A stretch of DNA of 64,000 bases from Patescibacteria group bacterium. Its GTDB lineage: Bacteria > Patescibacteriota > Patescibacteriia > UBA2591 > UBA4787. A model generated the notes under the pieces. It worked only from the letters and a program-made list of their open reading frames with translations. It was not told the origin of the DNA and searched no databases. Both the position numbers and the translations under genes were made by a program. Position 1 is the stretch's first letter. Every line of letters starts with the position of its first letter. The stretch lies in contig JAQUSN010000001.1 in the NCBI GenBank assembly GCA_028715115.1, positions 3,314 through 67,313 of the forward strand, in the 5' to 3' direction. This document shows, one piece after another, positions 43,372-54,413 of the stretch.

Positions 43372-44765
43372 ACAGATAAATGCTTTTCGAAATAAACTTT
43401 TAATTCGTCAGCTTTAATTAATTCCTGCTTCATACTATCTCTGTCGCGAATCGTGACCGTGCCTTTTTCTAAGGTATCGAAGTCAACGGTAACGCAATAC
43501 GGCGTGCCGATTTCATCTTGGCGGCGATAGCGCTTACCGATATTGCCATTGTCGTCGAACTCGCACATATATCGTTTTTTTAAATCTTCATAAATGGAGC
43601 GAGCTTTGGCTACTAATTCCGGCTTATTTTTCAGAAGCGGAAAAACAGCAATTCTAATCGGGGCTATCTTTTTATCAAATTTCAAAACTATGCGCGTTTC
43701 ATCTTTTACTTTTTCTTCATGATAAGCGGCATCAACAAACATTAAAAATAACCTAGTTAAGCCAACCGACGTTTCAACCACGTGTGGAATGAATTTTTCT
43801 TTTGTTTCTGAATCAAAATAGGTCAAATCAACTCCGGAAAACTCAGAATGCCTGGATAAGTCCCAATCGCCGCGAGCATGCACCCCCTCAACCTCTTTAA
43901 AGTCGCCTAGCGCCTTAAAATCATATTCAATATCACAGGCTTTAGAAGCATAATGCGCTAGTTTCTCATGCTCGTGCCAACGAATTTGTTTTTTGTCTAT
44001 ACCGTTTTCTAAATACCAATTCCAGCGAATTTCTCGCCACATTTCATAAGCTTTTTTTACGTCTTTGGGATTTAAAAAATATTGCATTTCCATTTGCTCA
44101 AATTCTCTGGTGCGGAAAATAAATTGCCGGGCCACTATTTCGTTGCGAAAAGCTTTGCCGACCTGGGCTATGCCAAATGGCAATTTAGGGTGTAGGGAAT
44201 CAAGCGTATTTTTATATTCCAAATAAATACCACCGCAAGTTTCTGGACGCAAATAAACGACATTCTCTTCGGTCAGCGCTTCAGTTGGCGAACCGAGGTT
44301 TGATTTAACCATTAAAGAAAATTGTTTGGCTTCGGTTAAATCCGTACTGCCGCAAACCGGACATTTTAATTTGCCCTTGGCTCTTAATTTGTTTATTTCT
44401 TTATTGATGAAGTCGAGCGACTCCTTGTCAGTCTTAACTCCCAGCGGTTCAAGTAAATCTTCGGCAGTGGTGCGATTCTTACATTTACGGCAATCAATCA
44501 TCGGATCGCTAAAGCTCGCCACATGCCCTGAGGCAACCCAGGTTTTTGGATGCATGAAAATAGCGCTATCTAGACCCAAGACATCGTCGCGCCGCTCAAC
44601 CATCGCCTTCCACCAGGAATCGCGAATATTATTTTTAAGCATTACACCATAATGACCGTAGTCGTAAATGGCCGACAATCCCCCATAAATTTCCGAAGAA
44701 GGAAAAACAAAACCGCGGCGTTTACAAAGCGAAACTATTTTGTCCATTATTTCCTGATTTGCCAT
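43365..44765 (-). CDS. glyQS: glycine--tRNA ligase (dimeric class II type)
   Basis: 466 aa, GlyRS alpha2-type throughout (MANQEIMDKIVSLCKRRGFVFPSSEIYGG...). Confidence 0.9.
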   Translation of the reverse strand: MANQEIMDKIVSLCKRRGFVFPSSEIYGGLSAIYDYGHYGVMLKNNIRDSWWKAMVERRDDVLGLDSAIFMHPKTWVASGHVASFSDPMIDCRKCKNRTTAEDLLEPLGVKTDKESLDFINKEINKLRAKGKLKCPVCGSTDLTEAKQFSLMVKSNLGSPTEALTEENVVYLRPETCGGIYLEYKNTLDSLHPKLPFGIAQVGKAFRNEIVARQFIFRTREFEQMEMQYFLNPKDVKKAYEMWREIRWNWYLENGIDKKQIRWHEHEKLAHYASKACDIEYDFKALGDFKEVEGVHARGDWDLSRHSEFSGVDLTYFDSETKEKFIPHVVETSVGLTRLFLMFVDAAYHEEKVKDETRIVLKFDKKIAPIRIAVFPLLKNKPELVAKARSIYEDLKKRYMCEFDDNGNIGKRYRRQDEIGTPYCVTVDFDTLEKGTVTIRDRDSMKQELIKADELKVYFEKHLSVC

Positions 44766-44799
44766 AGATAATATAAAAAATTAAATAATATAGTATTGC

Positions 44800-44915
44800 C
44801 AAGGGAGCGACCTGCCCGCCTATTGCCTATCCAAGAGTTAATCTAAACAAGAATTAAAGAAACAATATTCTTTCTAGGTTTTAACTCCATGGGACGGCGT
44901 TGGCAGGCGGGGCGA
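44800..44915 (-). promoter_or_regulatory. glyQS leader carrying the same GC-rich inverted-repeat pair as the pheT leader (CCTGCCCGCC-TAT ... GGCG-TT-GGCAGGCGGGG) around a 75-nt AT-rich segment. Upstream -10 TATAAT abuts the palindrome GGATGTTATACATCC.
   Basis: Arms at 44808-44820 and 44896-44912. Palindromes at 44973-44987 and CCGCCAGCCGGCGG at 44945-44958. Confidence 0.3.
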
Positions 44916-45059
44916 TAAAGAAAAATTAATTTTTCTTTTCCGATCCGCCAGCCGGCGGAGTTGGCAACAATAGGATGTTATACATCCTATTATAATATAA
45001 ATAATAAAAAAGAAAAGCCAAAAACCTGGCTTAAAAGCGGTAAAGTATTGAGTTGGTTT

Positions 45060-45665
45060 TTAAATATCCTGGGCTCGTTTGATCACGATAATGCCCATGG
45101 CCTGAGCCAAAACCGACAATGATTTATCACGGGTTAATAAATATATTTTATCATTTTCCGTCCTTTTTAAGGATAAACAAGAAGCAATAATACGCAGGTC
45201 TGTCGTGCCGATTAAGTCGCGTAAAGCGGTGGCGTGTGGATCAGAAATCGGGGCTAAGTTTATTTTTTCTCGTTTTAAATTCCACTCTCGTTTATTTTTA
45301 CGGAAAATATTTCTTAACTGCTCGGCGGTGTTAGTGTCAAATTCGGCCAAAGTTTTGTTCTCGATTGATTGTAAAAGTCCGGAGCGAGACGAGCCGGCCA
45401 CGTGCCATTTCCTGTTTAATATCTTCTGCAAAATAATAATCTGGATAATGAAAAATATATTATAGTGCATATTTTCGTCCTCTTCTTTCTCCTTTTGCAA
45501 CCCCATACGCAGCACTTGTTCTAAAACGGCGCGAGGGATATAAATATTTTTCAAATATTTTAATCGTTCGCGATCCTGACCGCTCAATAAAACACAGGTG
45601 TCAACCACCACGTTTTTTTTCTTTCGGCTTAACCCCCAAAAATATAGTCGTATCTTTTTAAACAT
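45060..45665 (-). CDS. PIN-domain nuclease (putative)
   Basis: VVVDTCVLLSG N-terminal PIN motif. Acidic residues in the C-terminal half (TDLRIIAS..TRDKS). Confidence 0.5.
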   Translation of the reverse strand: MFKKIRLYFWGLSRKKKNVVVDTCVLLSGQDRERLKYLKNIYIPRAVLEQVLRMGLQKEKEEDENMHYNIFFIIQIIILQKILNRKWHVAGSSRSGLLQSIENKTLAEFDTNTAEQLRNIFRKNKREWNLKREKINLAPISDPHATALRDLIGTTDLRIIASCLSLKRTENDKIYLLTRDKSLSVLAQAMGIIVIKRAQDI

Positions 45666-45708
45666 GTAGATATTATAATCAAAATCAAATAAAAAGTCAA
45701 TTCTTCTG

Positions 45709-46836
<1,128 letters not shown>

Positions 46837-47547
46837 TTATCCTAAATGCCATTTAAAGAAGCGATTTATAACTACTTTGGCACGACGAAAATCAGCTTTT
46901 ATGAATTTACTTCGCTCTAATTGATCAAAACGACGATACAATAATTGACGCAAAACTTCGGCCACGGCCGGACTAATTGAGATGGCCGCGGCATGTTTTT
47001 TTACCAAACATTTTTCACACACCAAACCGCCATGAGACACATCAAAAAATATTTTTTCACCCGCCTTGGGCTGCCGATGGCAAAACAAGCATTTTTTTAT
47101 TTCCGGCTGATAACCCAATAAAGACAAAAACTTTAGTAAAAAGGCGTAAAAAAATATTTCTTTATCGATTAAGGTGCGCCGGTTCAGGCTTTCTAAAAAT
47201 TTTACTATTAAATCGAAAACTTGACGATTAATTTTTTCCGGTTTGATGATTTCATCCAGCGTTTTAAATAAGCGCGCCAAGAGCCAAGTCTTGTCGTAAC
47301 TAGATAAAATATTTTTGAAATACTTTTTTATTTCACCGCCGATTAAATGATAATGATTTCTGCCTGATTCAAGTGAAAGACTTAGTATAGCATAAAATCC
47401 GCTGGTCAGCGGAGCTAATTTGCTATTTGATTTTTGAGCGCTGCGAACCAAAATATCAACCTTACCGAGTTCACGGGTATAACAAGTAATTATCCGGTCG
47501 TGTTCTTTATGCACTCTCGACCGTAAAACTATGGCATTAAGAACCAT
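46837..47547 (-). CDS. recO: DNA repair protein RecO
   Basis: N-terminal OB fold. C-terminal zinc finger CLFCHRQ...CEKC. Confidence 0.8.
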   Translation of the reverse strand: MVLNAIVLRSRVHKEHDRIITCYTRELGKVDILVRSAQKSNSKLAPLTSGFYAILSLSLESGRNHYHLIGGEIKKYFKNILSSYDKTWLLARLFKTLDEIIKPEKINRQVFDLIVKFLESLNRRTLIDKEIFFYAFLLKFLSLLGYQPEIKKCLFCHRQPKAGEKIFFDVSHGGLVCEKCLVKKHAAAISISPAVAEVLRQLLYRRFDQLERSKFIKADFRRAKVVINRFFKWHLG

Positions 47548-47553
47548 ATTGAA

Positions 47554-50406
47554 TTATATAAACAATATTATTTCTGCTCCATCAATATCGGCTTCTTTAG
47601 AAAACTTCGCTTCTTTGGGTTGGCCAAGAATAAAATTATTGCTTAATGTTTCGGTTTTAATCTTATCAGAAAAATTATCGATAACGCCTCTTAAGCCTTC
47701 GTCGCCGGTGCCATAATATAAATCGATTTTATCTTTAATGGTCAATTTAGCTTCCTTGCGGAACGAATTTATTTGACGAACCAACTCACGCACCTGTCCC
47801 TCGGCTTTTAATTCAGGAGTAATGATCGTATTAAGAGCAACTCTGTCTTCGGCGCTCACCCAGCCGTCGCCGCTCGATAATTTTTCGACAATCGTCGTCT
47901 CTTTAACGTTTAATTCTTCTCTGATGATTCCCAGAAGTTCTACCGGAACCTGACATGATTTGGCAATTTCTAAACGGCCAAGCGGTTGGCGGACTTTAAC
48001 GCCACTCGAAGCTCGCAAACTGTGAGCCAAAGCGCAGATATCAACGACTGCCTTCATCTGGCTAAGTAATTTCTCGTCAATTAGAGATTTATCGGCTATC
48101 GGCCAATCGGATAAATGAACCGAATCGGCTTTATTGGTTAGTTGCTGATAAATTTCATCGCTGATAAACGGCGTAAATGGCGCTAATAATTTAGCTATGC
48201 CTAATAAAACATAACCTAAAACCTGGCTTTCGTTAGGATTTTTTTTGAAACGATCGCGTGAACGGCGAATATACCATTGCGACAATTCGGTGATAAAAGC
48301 TTCGATGTCGCGGCCGGCAGTCGTTATATCATACTTATCTAATCTTTCGGTAACGTTTTTGACCAAAAAATTATATTTTGCCAAAAGCCATTTATCTAAA
48401 ACATTTGATGATTTATTTGCTTCAATATTAGACGGCAAAGAATGACCGGTTAATTTATAAAACTCCAAGCAATTCCAAAGTGTCAGAAGCATGCGTTGCA
48501 CGACTTTTTTCACACCTTCAGTATCAAACAGTTTGCTTTCGCCAGGCTGATTGACGGTATACAAATACCAACGCAGGGCATCAACGCCGTATTCGTTGAT
48601 CACGCTCATCGGCGCGATGACATTACCCACGTGCTTGGACATCTTCTGTCCCTTTTTATCTAAAATATGACCCAAACAGATCGCGTTTTTATAGCAAGCG
48701 CCTTGATCTAAGAGCGTCGAAATACCGAGCAAAGTATAAAACCAGCCACGCGTCTGATCAATGGCCTCGGAAATATATTCAGCCGGATAGTTTATGCCTT
48801 TATCGATTCTCTCTTTATTCTCAAAAGGATAATGCCACTGGGCAAAGGGCATGGCGCCGGAATCAAACCAACAATCCATCACTTCGGCTACGCGGGTCAT
48901 TTTTTTGCCACACCCAGGGCAGTTCCAGGTGTAATCATCAATATATGGTTTATGCGGATCAAAAGGCTCAGGTAATTGTTTACCGGCTTTCTCTGATAAT
49001 TCTTTATAAGAGCCTAAACATTCTCTGTGTTGGCAGCCCTTACATTCCCAGATCGGAATCGGTGTACCCCAATAACGTTCACGCGAGATCGCCCAGTCTT
49101 TAATGCCGCTTAACCATTCACCGAAACGTCCTTCTTTGATGTGGGCCGGCACCCAATTTATTTCCTTGGCATTATCCAATAATTGTTTTTGCAGTTCGGT
49201 CATTCTGATAAACCAGGATTTTCTCGAATAATATAAAAGCGGTGAATCGCAGCGCCAGCAAAAAGGATAATCGTGCGCGTATAATTCCGTACCAAAAAGA
49301 ATGCCTCGTTTTTTCAAATCTTCCATAATGTCCGCATCAGCATCTTTGGCAAATTTCCCCTTGCCCGGCACATCAACTACCAGCTTGCCCTCCAAATCAA
49401 GTGTCAGCATTTCCGGAATTGGCAGTTTATCTTGAATAAATAATTGATAATCTTCTTCGCCGTAATGAGGCGCGATATGAACCATGCCCGTGCCGTCTTT
49501 AATAGAAACGAAATCAGCCGCGTAAACTTTAAAATAAGTTGGATCATCGTAAATCTTGTACATCGGTTCATAGCGCCAGCCAATTATCTTATCGCCCTTA
49601 AATTCTTCGACAATTTCATAGCCATGCGCGCCCAAAACTTTATCTACTAAATTTTTAGCTAAAATATAAAAATCTTGGCCTGACTTAGCTTTGACATATT
49701 CTATTCGTTCACCGGCGGCTACGGCCAAATTTGACGGTAAAGTCCAGGGCGTAGTCGTCCAAACTAATAAATAGGTATTTTCCTGACCGACAACTTTTAA
49801 TTTCAAATAAACTGATTGCTCTTTGACGTTTTTATAACCCTGGGCCACTTCATGCGAAGACAAGGCCGTGCCACAACGCGGACAATATGGCACCACTTTA
49901 TAGGCTTGATAAATCAAACCCTTGTCCCAAACTTGTTTAAAAATCCACCATAGAGTTTCAATATATTCTTTCTCATATGTGATGTAGGGATGTTCGAGGT
50001 CCAACCAGAAACCGATGCGCCGAGTCATATCTTCCCACTCTTTTTTATATTTCCAAACGTTTTCCTTACATTTTTCATTGAATTTGGCCACGCCGTATTT
50101 CTCAATGTCCGGCTTGCCGGAAACGCCGATTTGTTTTTCAACTTCAAGCTCAACCGGCAATCCTTGCGTATCCCAACCAGCCTTACGTTCAACAAAATAT
50201 CCCTGCATGGTCTTATAGCGCAAAATGATATCTTTAAAAATTCGGGCTAAAACATGATGAATGCCGGGCAGACCGTTGGCGGTCGGCGGACCTTCAAAAA
50301 ACACAAAATTGCCCTTGGGCGATTTTTTCGCCAAAGATTTGGCAAAAGTTTTGTCCTTATCCCAAAAAGCCAGGATCTTTTCTTCAATTTTAGAAAAATT
50401 TATCAT
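47554..50406 (-). CDS. ileS: isoleucine--tRNA ligase
   Basis: HIGH-like PGIHHVLARI, KMSKHVGN, IleRS signature WTTTPWTLPSN. 950 aa. Confidence 0.9.
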   Translation of the reverse strand: MINFSKIEEKILAFWDKDKTFAKSLAKKSPKGNFVFFEGPPTANGLPGIHHVLARIFKDIILRYKTMQGYFVERKAGWDTQGLPVELEVEKQIGVSGKPDIEKYGVAKFNEKCKENVWKYKKEWEDMTRRIGFWLDLEHPYITYEKEYIETLWWIFKQVWDKGLIYQAYKVVPYCPRCGTALSSHEVAQGYKNVKEQSVYLKLKVVGQENTYLLVWTTTPWTLPSNLAVAAGERIEYVKAKSGQDFYILAKNLVDKVLGAHGYEIVEEFKGDKIIGWRYEPMYKIYDDPTYFKVYAADFVSIKDGTGMVHIAPHYGEEDYQLFIQDKLPIPEMLTLDLEGKLVVDVPGKGKFAKDADADIMEDLKKRGILFGTELYAHDYPFCWRCDSPLLYYSRKSWFIRMTELQKQLLDNAKEINWVPAHIKEGRFGEWLSGIKDWAISRERYWGTPIPIWECKGCQHRECLGSYKELSEKAGKQLPEPFDPHKPYIDDYTWNCPGCGKKMTRVAEVMDCWFDSGAMPFAQWHYPFENKERIDKGINYPAEYISEAIDQTRGWFYTLLGISTLLDQGACYKNAICLGHILDKKGQKMSKHVGNVIAPMSVINEYGVDALRWYLYTVNQPGESKLFDTEGVKKVVQRMLLTLWNCLEFYKLTGHSLPSNIEANKSSNVLDKWLLAKYNFLVKNVTERLDKYDITTAGRDIEAFITELSQWYIRRSRDRFKKNPNESQVLGYVLLGIAKLLAPFTPFISDEIYQQLTNKADSVHLSDWPIADKSLIDEKLLSQMKAVVDICALAHSLRASSGVKVRQPLGRLEIAKSCQVPVELLGIIREELNVKETTIVEKLSSGDGWVSAEDRVALNTIITPELKAEGQVRELVRQINSFRKEAKLTIKDKIDLYYGTGDEGLRGVIDNFSDKIKTETLSNNFILGQPKEAKFSKEADIDGAEIILFI

Positions 50407-50469
50407 ACCAAATTTGTCGAAATCAAGGTTGGTTAATAGAAAAATAATACCACAAAATTAATCGTTGTC

Positions 50470-50502
50470 AACAAAAAACGCCTAAATCAGGCGTTAATCG
50501 GA
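50470..50502 (-). terminator. hairpin AACGCCTGATTTAGGCGTT followed by TTTTTGTT on the minus strand (terminator or ileS-leader attenuator)
   Basis: Lies between the GT1 gene end and the ileS start. Confidence 0.35.
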
Positions 50503-50537
50503 GCTTATGGCGTTGTTATTAACAATTATTTAATATC

Positions 50538-50566
50538 TTGACATTTTCTTAAAAACGTGCTATAGT
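50538..50566 (+). promoter_or_regulatory. promoter TTGACA-17-TATAGT of GC-rich cassette 4
   Basis: cttgacattttcttaaaaacgtgctatagt. AAGGAGG at 50583-50589. Confidence 0.45.
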
Positions 50567-50594
50567 ATAATTACCAATTAATAAGGAGGCTCCG

Positions 50595-50765
50595 GTGAGC
50601 GATTTCTTGAAGATATTGATCGGCTTAGTAATGCTGATCGGAGGCGGACTACTGAGCTATACGGCGTTCTGCCCCATCGTCCTGTGCATTGCCGGAGCAG
50701 GCGCCATCATAGCGCTTTGGTCCGCTTATGTCATGGCTTGCCGGTCTTGTCACATAGCAGGCTGA
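50595..50765 (+). CDS. small (56 aa) Cys-containing hydrophobic protein, GTG start, high GC. Absent from the ORF track.
   Basis: VSDFLKILIGLVMLIGGGLLSYTAFCPIVLCIAGAGAIIALWSAYVMACRSCHIAG. GC3-rich. Perfect SD spacing. Confidence 0.5.
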   Translation: MSDFLKILIGLVMLIGGGLLSYTAFCPIVLCIAGAGAIIALWSAYVMACRSCHIAG

Positions 50766-50795
50766 CTTCGGTCAGCCTGCTTCTGCTTTTATTTA
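50756..50795 (+). terminator. intrinsic terminator GCAGGCTGAC-TTCG-GTCAGCCTGC plus TTCTGCTTTTATTT
   Basis: 10-bp perfect stem with a UUCG loop that overlaps the stop codon. Confidence 0.65.
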
Positions 50796-51985
50796 ATTTT
50801 TTCTTTTATTTTTAATATTATTTCGTCAACCTTGCTTTGCCAAGAATTTTCTCGGGCCGCTTCGATTCGCAGTCTTTCCCGTTCAGCGTCATTTTCGGCC
50901 AGAGCTTTTTCTATATTTTGCTGAAAACCGGCATAATCCTGGGCAAAATAAATCAAATGTGAAAATTTGCCCAAGGCCGGCATCGGCGTACTGACTACCG
51001 GCTTACCACAAGCCAGATAGTCATAAAGTTTCATCGGGTTCATCGACATAACAAACTCATTGACTTGATGGGGAATAATGGCTACATCAAATTGATGAAT
51101 ATAATTTGGCGCCGCATCATAACCCTTACGGCCCAAAAAATAAACGTTTTTATACTTTTTTAATTGGCGAATTTCTGAGGGCGCCTTTCTGAAGGAACGG
51201 AAAAATTGCGGCCAAATCGGCCCAACTAAAACCAGGGATTTGTCCGGATTTTTTTCGGCCACATATTCTAATAAATTAAAATCTAAACGATCTTGAATAA
51301 TGCCCAAATATCCGATAATCGGATGTTTTATTTTTTTCATATCAAACGGCACTTTATCGGCGCCGATAAAGTGCGACGCATCAACGCCGTTAGGCAGCCA
51401 ATAAATGTCCTTGTTCCGCCCCAGCTGCCGAAACAAATCAACCAACGAATTGGCAACGGTAAAAATTAAATCGGCCTTTTGGCTGATAATTTGATAATTT
51501 CTTTTTAAAATTTCTTGATATTTAATATAAGAGGGGTGGGCCAACCAATTATCCACGGCCTCAAAAACATTTAAATCCTCGTTTAACCGACCAAAATATT
51601 CAATAAACATCGGGAAATAGGAAATCACCACTCGCTTCATTTGTTTTGGTCCGTCGTTTAATTTTTCTAAAATAGAATTTAATTTTTTTATTACCAATTT
51701 TTTTGAAAAAAAAGAATCAATGGTGGAAAAAACTATTAATTTTTCATTAATTTGCCTAACTCGCGTGGTCGGATCGCTATAAATCAACTCTTGCTGGGGA
51801 GCGCCGATAATATTTTCTATCCAATTTCGAATCGCTCGATGAAATGTAAAAGGCAAAAAATCAACAACTACAATTCTTTTAATTTCGGGGCTGGCCAATA
51901 ATGAATTTAAAATATGAAAATTACGATTATTGGTGCCGCGCTGCCACTCTGAATACGAAGACATGTTAAACATTATCAGCTCCAT
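50789..51985 (-). CDS. family 1 (GT4-like) glycosyltransferase
   Basis: C-terminal GT-B motif region (KLYDYLACGKPVVSTP). Confidence 0.8.
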   Translation of the reverse strand: MELIMFNMSSYSEWQRGTNNRNFHILNSLLASPEIKRIVVVDFLPFTFHRAIRNWIENIIGAPQQELIYSDPTTRVRQINEKLIVFSTIDSFFSKKLVIKKLNSILEKLNDGPKQMKRVVISYFPMFIEYFGRLNEDLNVFEAVDNWLAHPSYIKYQEILKRNYQIISQKADLIFTVANSLVDLFRQLGRNKDIYWLPNGVDASHFIGADKVPFDMKKIKHPIIGYLGIIQDRLDFNLLEYVAEKNPDKSLVLVGPIWPQFFRSFRKAPSEIRQLKKYKNVYFLGRKGYDAAPNYIHQFDVAIIPHQVNEFVMSMNPMKLYDYLACGKPVVSTPMPALGKFSHLIYFAQDYAGFQQNIEKALAENDAERERLRIEAARENSWQSKVDEIILKIKEKIK

Positions 51986-51990
51986 ATCTT

Positions 51991-53433
51991 TTAGCGATTA
52001 GTTTTAAAAAATTTGGTCAAGTTTTTTAAATATTGAATATCGGCTGCATTAATAAGTCCCATAATCCAAACGCCTAAAGCATAAATACCAACGCCAATGA
52101 TGGCCACCACCCACCAAGGAAAAAGCGAATTTAATAAAACCATAATTAAGCCCATGACTACGCTGATAACTAAAACCTGGACGAATTTACTTAAAAGCGA
52201 ACGAAGTGGAATAAAAATTACTTTCTGCGTTCCGAGCCAACCCAAAACAACCAGCAAAATAAAACTTAAAACAAAGGCAATAGAAGAACCTATCTGTTGT
52301 AGTAAAGGAATTAAAAGCAAGTTAAAAATAATTATTACTATCATGGCTACGGCTCGATTAAAAACATTGCGTTTTTCTTGGCCGATGGCGTTTAAAACGG
52401 TAAAAAATACATAATCCAAGAAAACAAACAACATACTCCAGCTTAAAATTTTTAAAGCCGGCACGGCCGATAAGAATTTATCACCGAAAAGAATTAGAAT
52501 CGCCGGTTCGGCTAAAACCCATAAGCCCACCGCCAGCGGTACGGTAAATAAAATAATATAGAAAATAATTTGTTCTAAAATTCTTTTTAATTCTTCTTTA
52601 TTGTTTATAAAATAAAAACAAGCCGCCGGATAAAGCGCCGAAACCAGAGCAATCGGGAACATCCTCAGCCCTGCCGGAATCTTGCCGGCCGCCGAATAAA
52701 ATCCAACTGCCTGATCATTAGCCAAGCGCGACAAAAGCACAACATCAATATAAGAAAAAACCGTGCCGAATAAACCAGACCAAAAAAATGGCAAAGAGAC
52801 TTTAATCATTCCTCGAATAGTCGCCTTGTCTAGTTTTAGGCTTATCTTAATTGATCTTTTTTTGCGCAAAAAAAACATTCCGTTTAAAAAATTAAAGATT
52901 GAAGCTAAAATTAACGGAATGATTAAATATGGCAAAGGTAAATGGGCGAATAAAATCACCAAACCAGTTGCTAAAACGATTACTTGATAAATTCCCAAAC
53001 CCAGACCTTCATATTTTAAGTTTTGCCAACCGCGCAACACCGAATAGTTGGTATTGGCAAGATTCTCTAAAACAATAACCAAGCCGGCCAAATAAACTAA
53101 TTGTCGAGTAATCTCCGGATAAGGTAGAAGCTTAACCGCGATAACTATTAAAAGATAAATAATCGCCGAGGTGATCAGCTTAACCGAAATAATATTGTAA
53201 AAATAACCTCTAGCCTTTTCTTCGTCACGAGCGGCTTCGCGTATTAAAAATTGGTTTAAGCCCAAGTCGATAAAAATAGAAAAAATCGCCGCAAAAGAAA
53301 TGGCGAAAGTGTATTTACCGACTGAGTCAGGCCCTAAAAATCTGGCTAAAAAAATAAAATAGACAAAGGCCAGTATTTTCTGAACAACCGACCCGCTAAG
53401 TAAATAAATACTATTGCGAGATATACTGGCCAT
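51991..53433 (-). CDS. polysaccharide biosynthesis protein / Wzx-like oligosaccharide flippase (MOP superfamily)
   Basis: 480 aa with about 12-14 TM helices. Adjacent to the GT1 gene. Confidence 0.7.
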   Translation of the reverse strand: MASISRNSIYLLSGSVVQKILAFVYFIFLARFLGPDSVGKYTFAISFAAIFSIFIDLGLNQFLIREAARDEEKARGYFYNIISVKLITSAIIYLLIVIAVKLLPYPEITRQLVYLAGLVIVLENLANTNYSVLRGWQNLKYEGLGLGIYQVIVLATGLVILFAHLPLPYLIIPLILASIFNFLNGMFFLRKKRSIKISLKLDKATIRGMIKVSLPFFWSGLFGTVFSYIDVVLLSRLANDQAVGFYSAAGKIPAGLRMFPIALVSALYPAACFYFINNKEELKRILEQIIFYIILFTVPLAVGLWVLAEPAILILFGDKFLSAVPALKILSWSMLFVFLDYVFFTVLNAIGQEKRNVFNRAVAMIVIIIFNLLLIPLLQQIGSSIAFVLSFILLVVLGWLGTQKVIFIPLRSLLSKFVQVLVISVVMGLIMVLLNSLFPWWVVAIIGVGIYALGVWIMGLINAADIQYLKNLTKFFKTNR

Positions 53434-53457
53434 ATGACTATTAATTTATATAGCTCT

Positions 53458-54000
53458 TTAGCGTTTAGTCCATTGTGGAGCGCGTCGAGCTCGCTTTAAA
53501 CCTGGTTTCTTTCTCTCTTTCTTTCGAGAATCACGGCTTAACAATCCTAATGGTTTTAAGGTTTTTCTAACTTCAGCATTAAAAATCACCAAAGCACGGG
53601 CAATACCAAGACTAACCGCTTCGGCTTGCCCCATGATGCCACCGCCATTAACTTTAACATCAAAAGTTCCTTTCTTGTCCCATCCGGCCGCGGAAATTGG
53701 TCTTTCAACTGTTTTTTGCCAGTCAAAATATGAAAAATATTTACTAATTGGTTTGCCGTTAACCGAAATCTCCCCTTGGCCATCGGTAAAAAACTTTACA
53801 CGAGCCACTGAGGTTTTTCGTTTGCCGGTCGCTAAAATGAATTTATTTTCGGCCGCATGGCGAACCGGCGCGGTTTTAACAACCGGTTTCTCTATTTTGT
53901 GTTCGATCGCTTTGTGTTCTAAATGAACTGCGGCTGGTTTTTTAACGGCCGTTTTTTTGATAGTTTTTTTAGTAGCTGGTTTTTTAATTTTAGTGGGCAT
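53458..54000 (-). CDS. rpsI: 30S ribosomal protein S9 with a roughly 50-aa Lys-rich N-terminal extension
   Basis: ATGKRKTSVARVKFF...RDSRKKERKKPGLKRARRAPQWTKR. Confidence 0.85.
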   Translation of the reverse strand: MPTKIKKPATKKTIKKTAVKKPAAVHLEHKAIEHKIEKPVVKTAPVRHAAENKFILATGKRKTSVARVKFFTDGQGEISVNGKPISKYFSYFDWQKTVERPISAAGWDKKGTFDVKVNGGGIMGQAEAVSLGIARALVIFNAEVRKTLKPLGLLSRDSRKKERKKPGLKRARRAPQWTKR

Positions 54001-54001
54001 A

Positions 54002-54367
54002 TTACTTCTTTATTTCAAAGGCTAATCGCTTAAGCATTGGTTTTCTTAATTTATTTTTGGGCAACATGTGAGATACGGCTCTTAAAAGAACTTTTTGCGG
54101 TTCTTTAATAAAAACTTCTCCCATTAGCTTGGATTTCATGCCACCAGGATAATTACTATAATGGAAATATTTTTTTTGGGTTAATTTATTGGGCCAAATC
54201 TTCATTTTATCAACATTTGAAACGATCACACGATCGCCGCATTCTTTATAAGGAACATAACTGGCTTTATGCTTGCCAATTAAAAGGGTGCTGATTTTAG
54301 TCGCCAATCGGCCCGGAGTTTCACCACTAGCGTCAAGATGATGTGTTTTGATTTTATTTTCTGCCAT
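54002..54367 (-). CDS. rplM: 50S ribosomal protein L13
   Basis: MAENKIKTHHLDASGETPGRLATKISTLLIGKHK. Confidence 0.9.
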   Translation of the reverse strand: MAENKIKTHHLDASGETPGRLATKISTLLIGKHKASYVPYKECGDRVIVSNVDKMKIWPNKLTQKKYFHYSNYPGGMKSKLMGEVFIKEPQKVLLRAVSHMLPKNKLRKPMLKRLAFEIKK

Positions 54368-54413
54368 AATTTTTTAAAATGCGAGCATCCCGTCTCGGTG
54401 GGACAACCCATAA

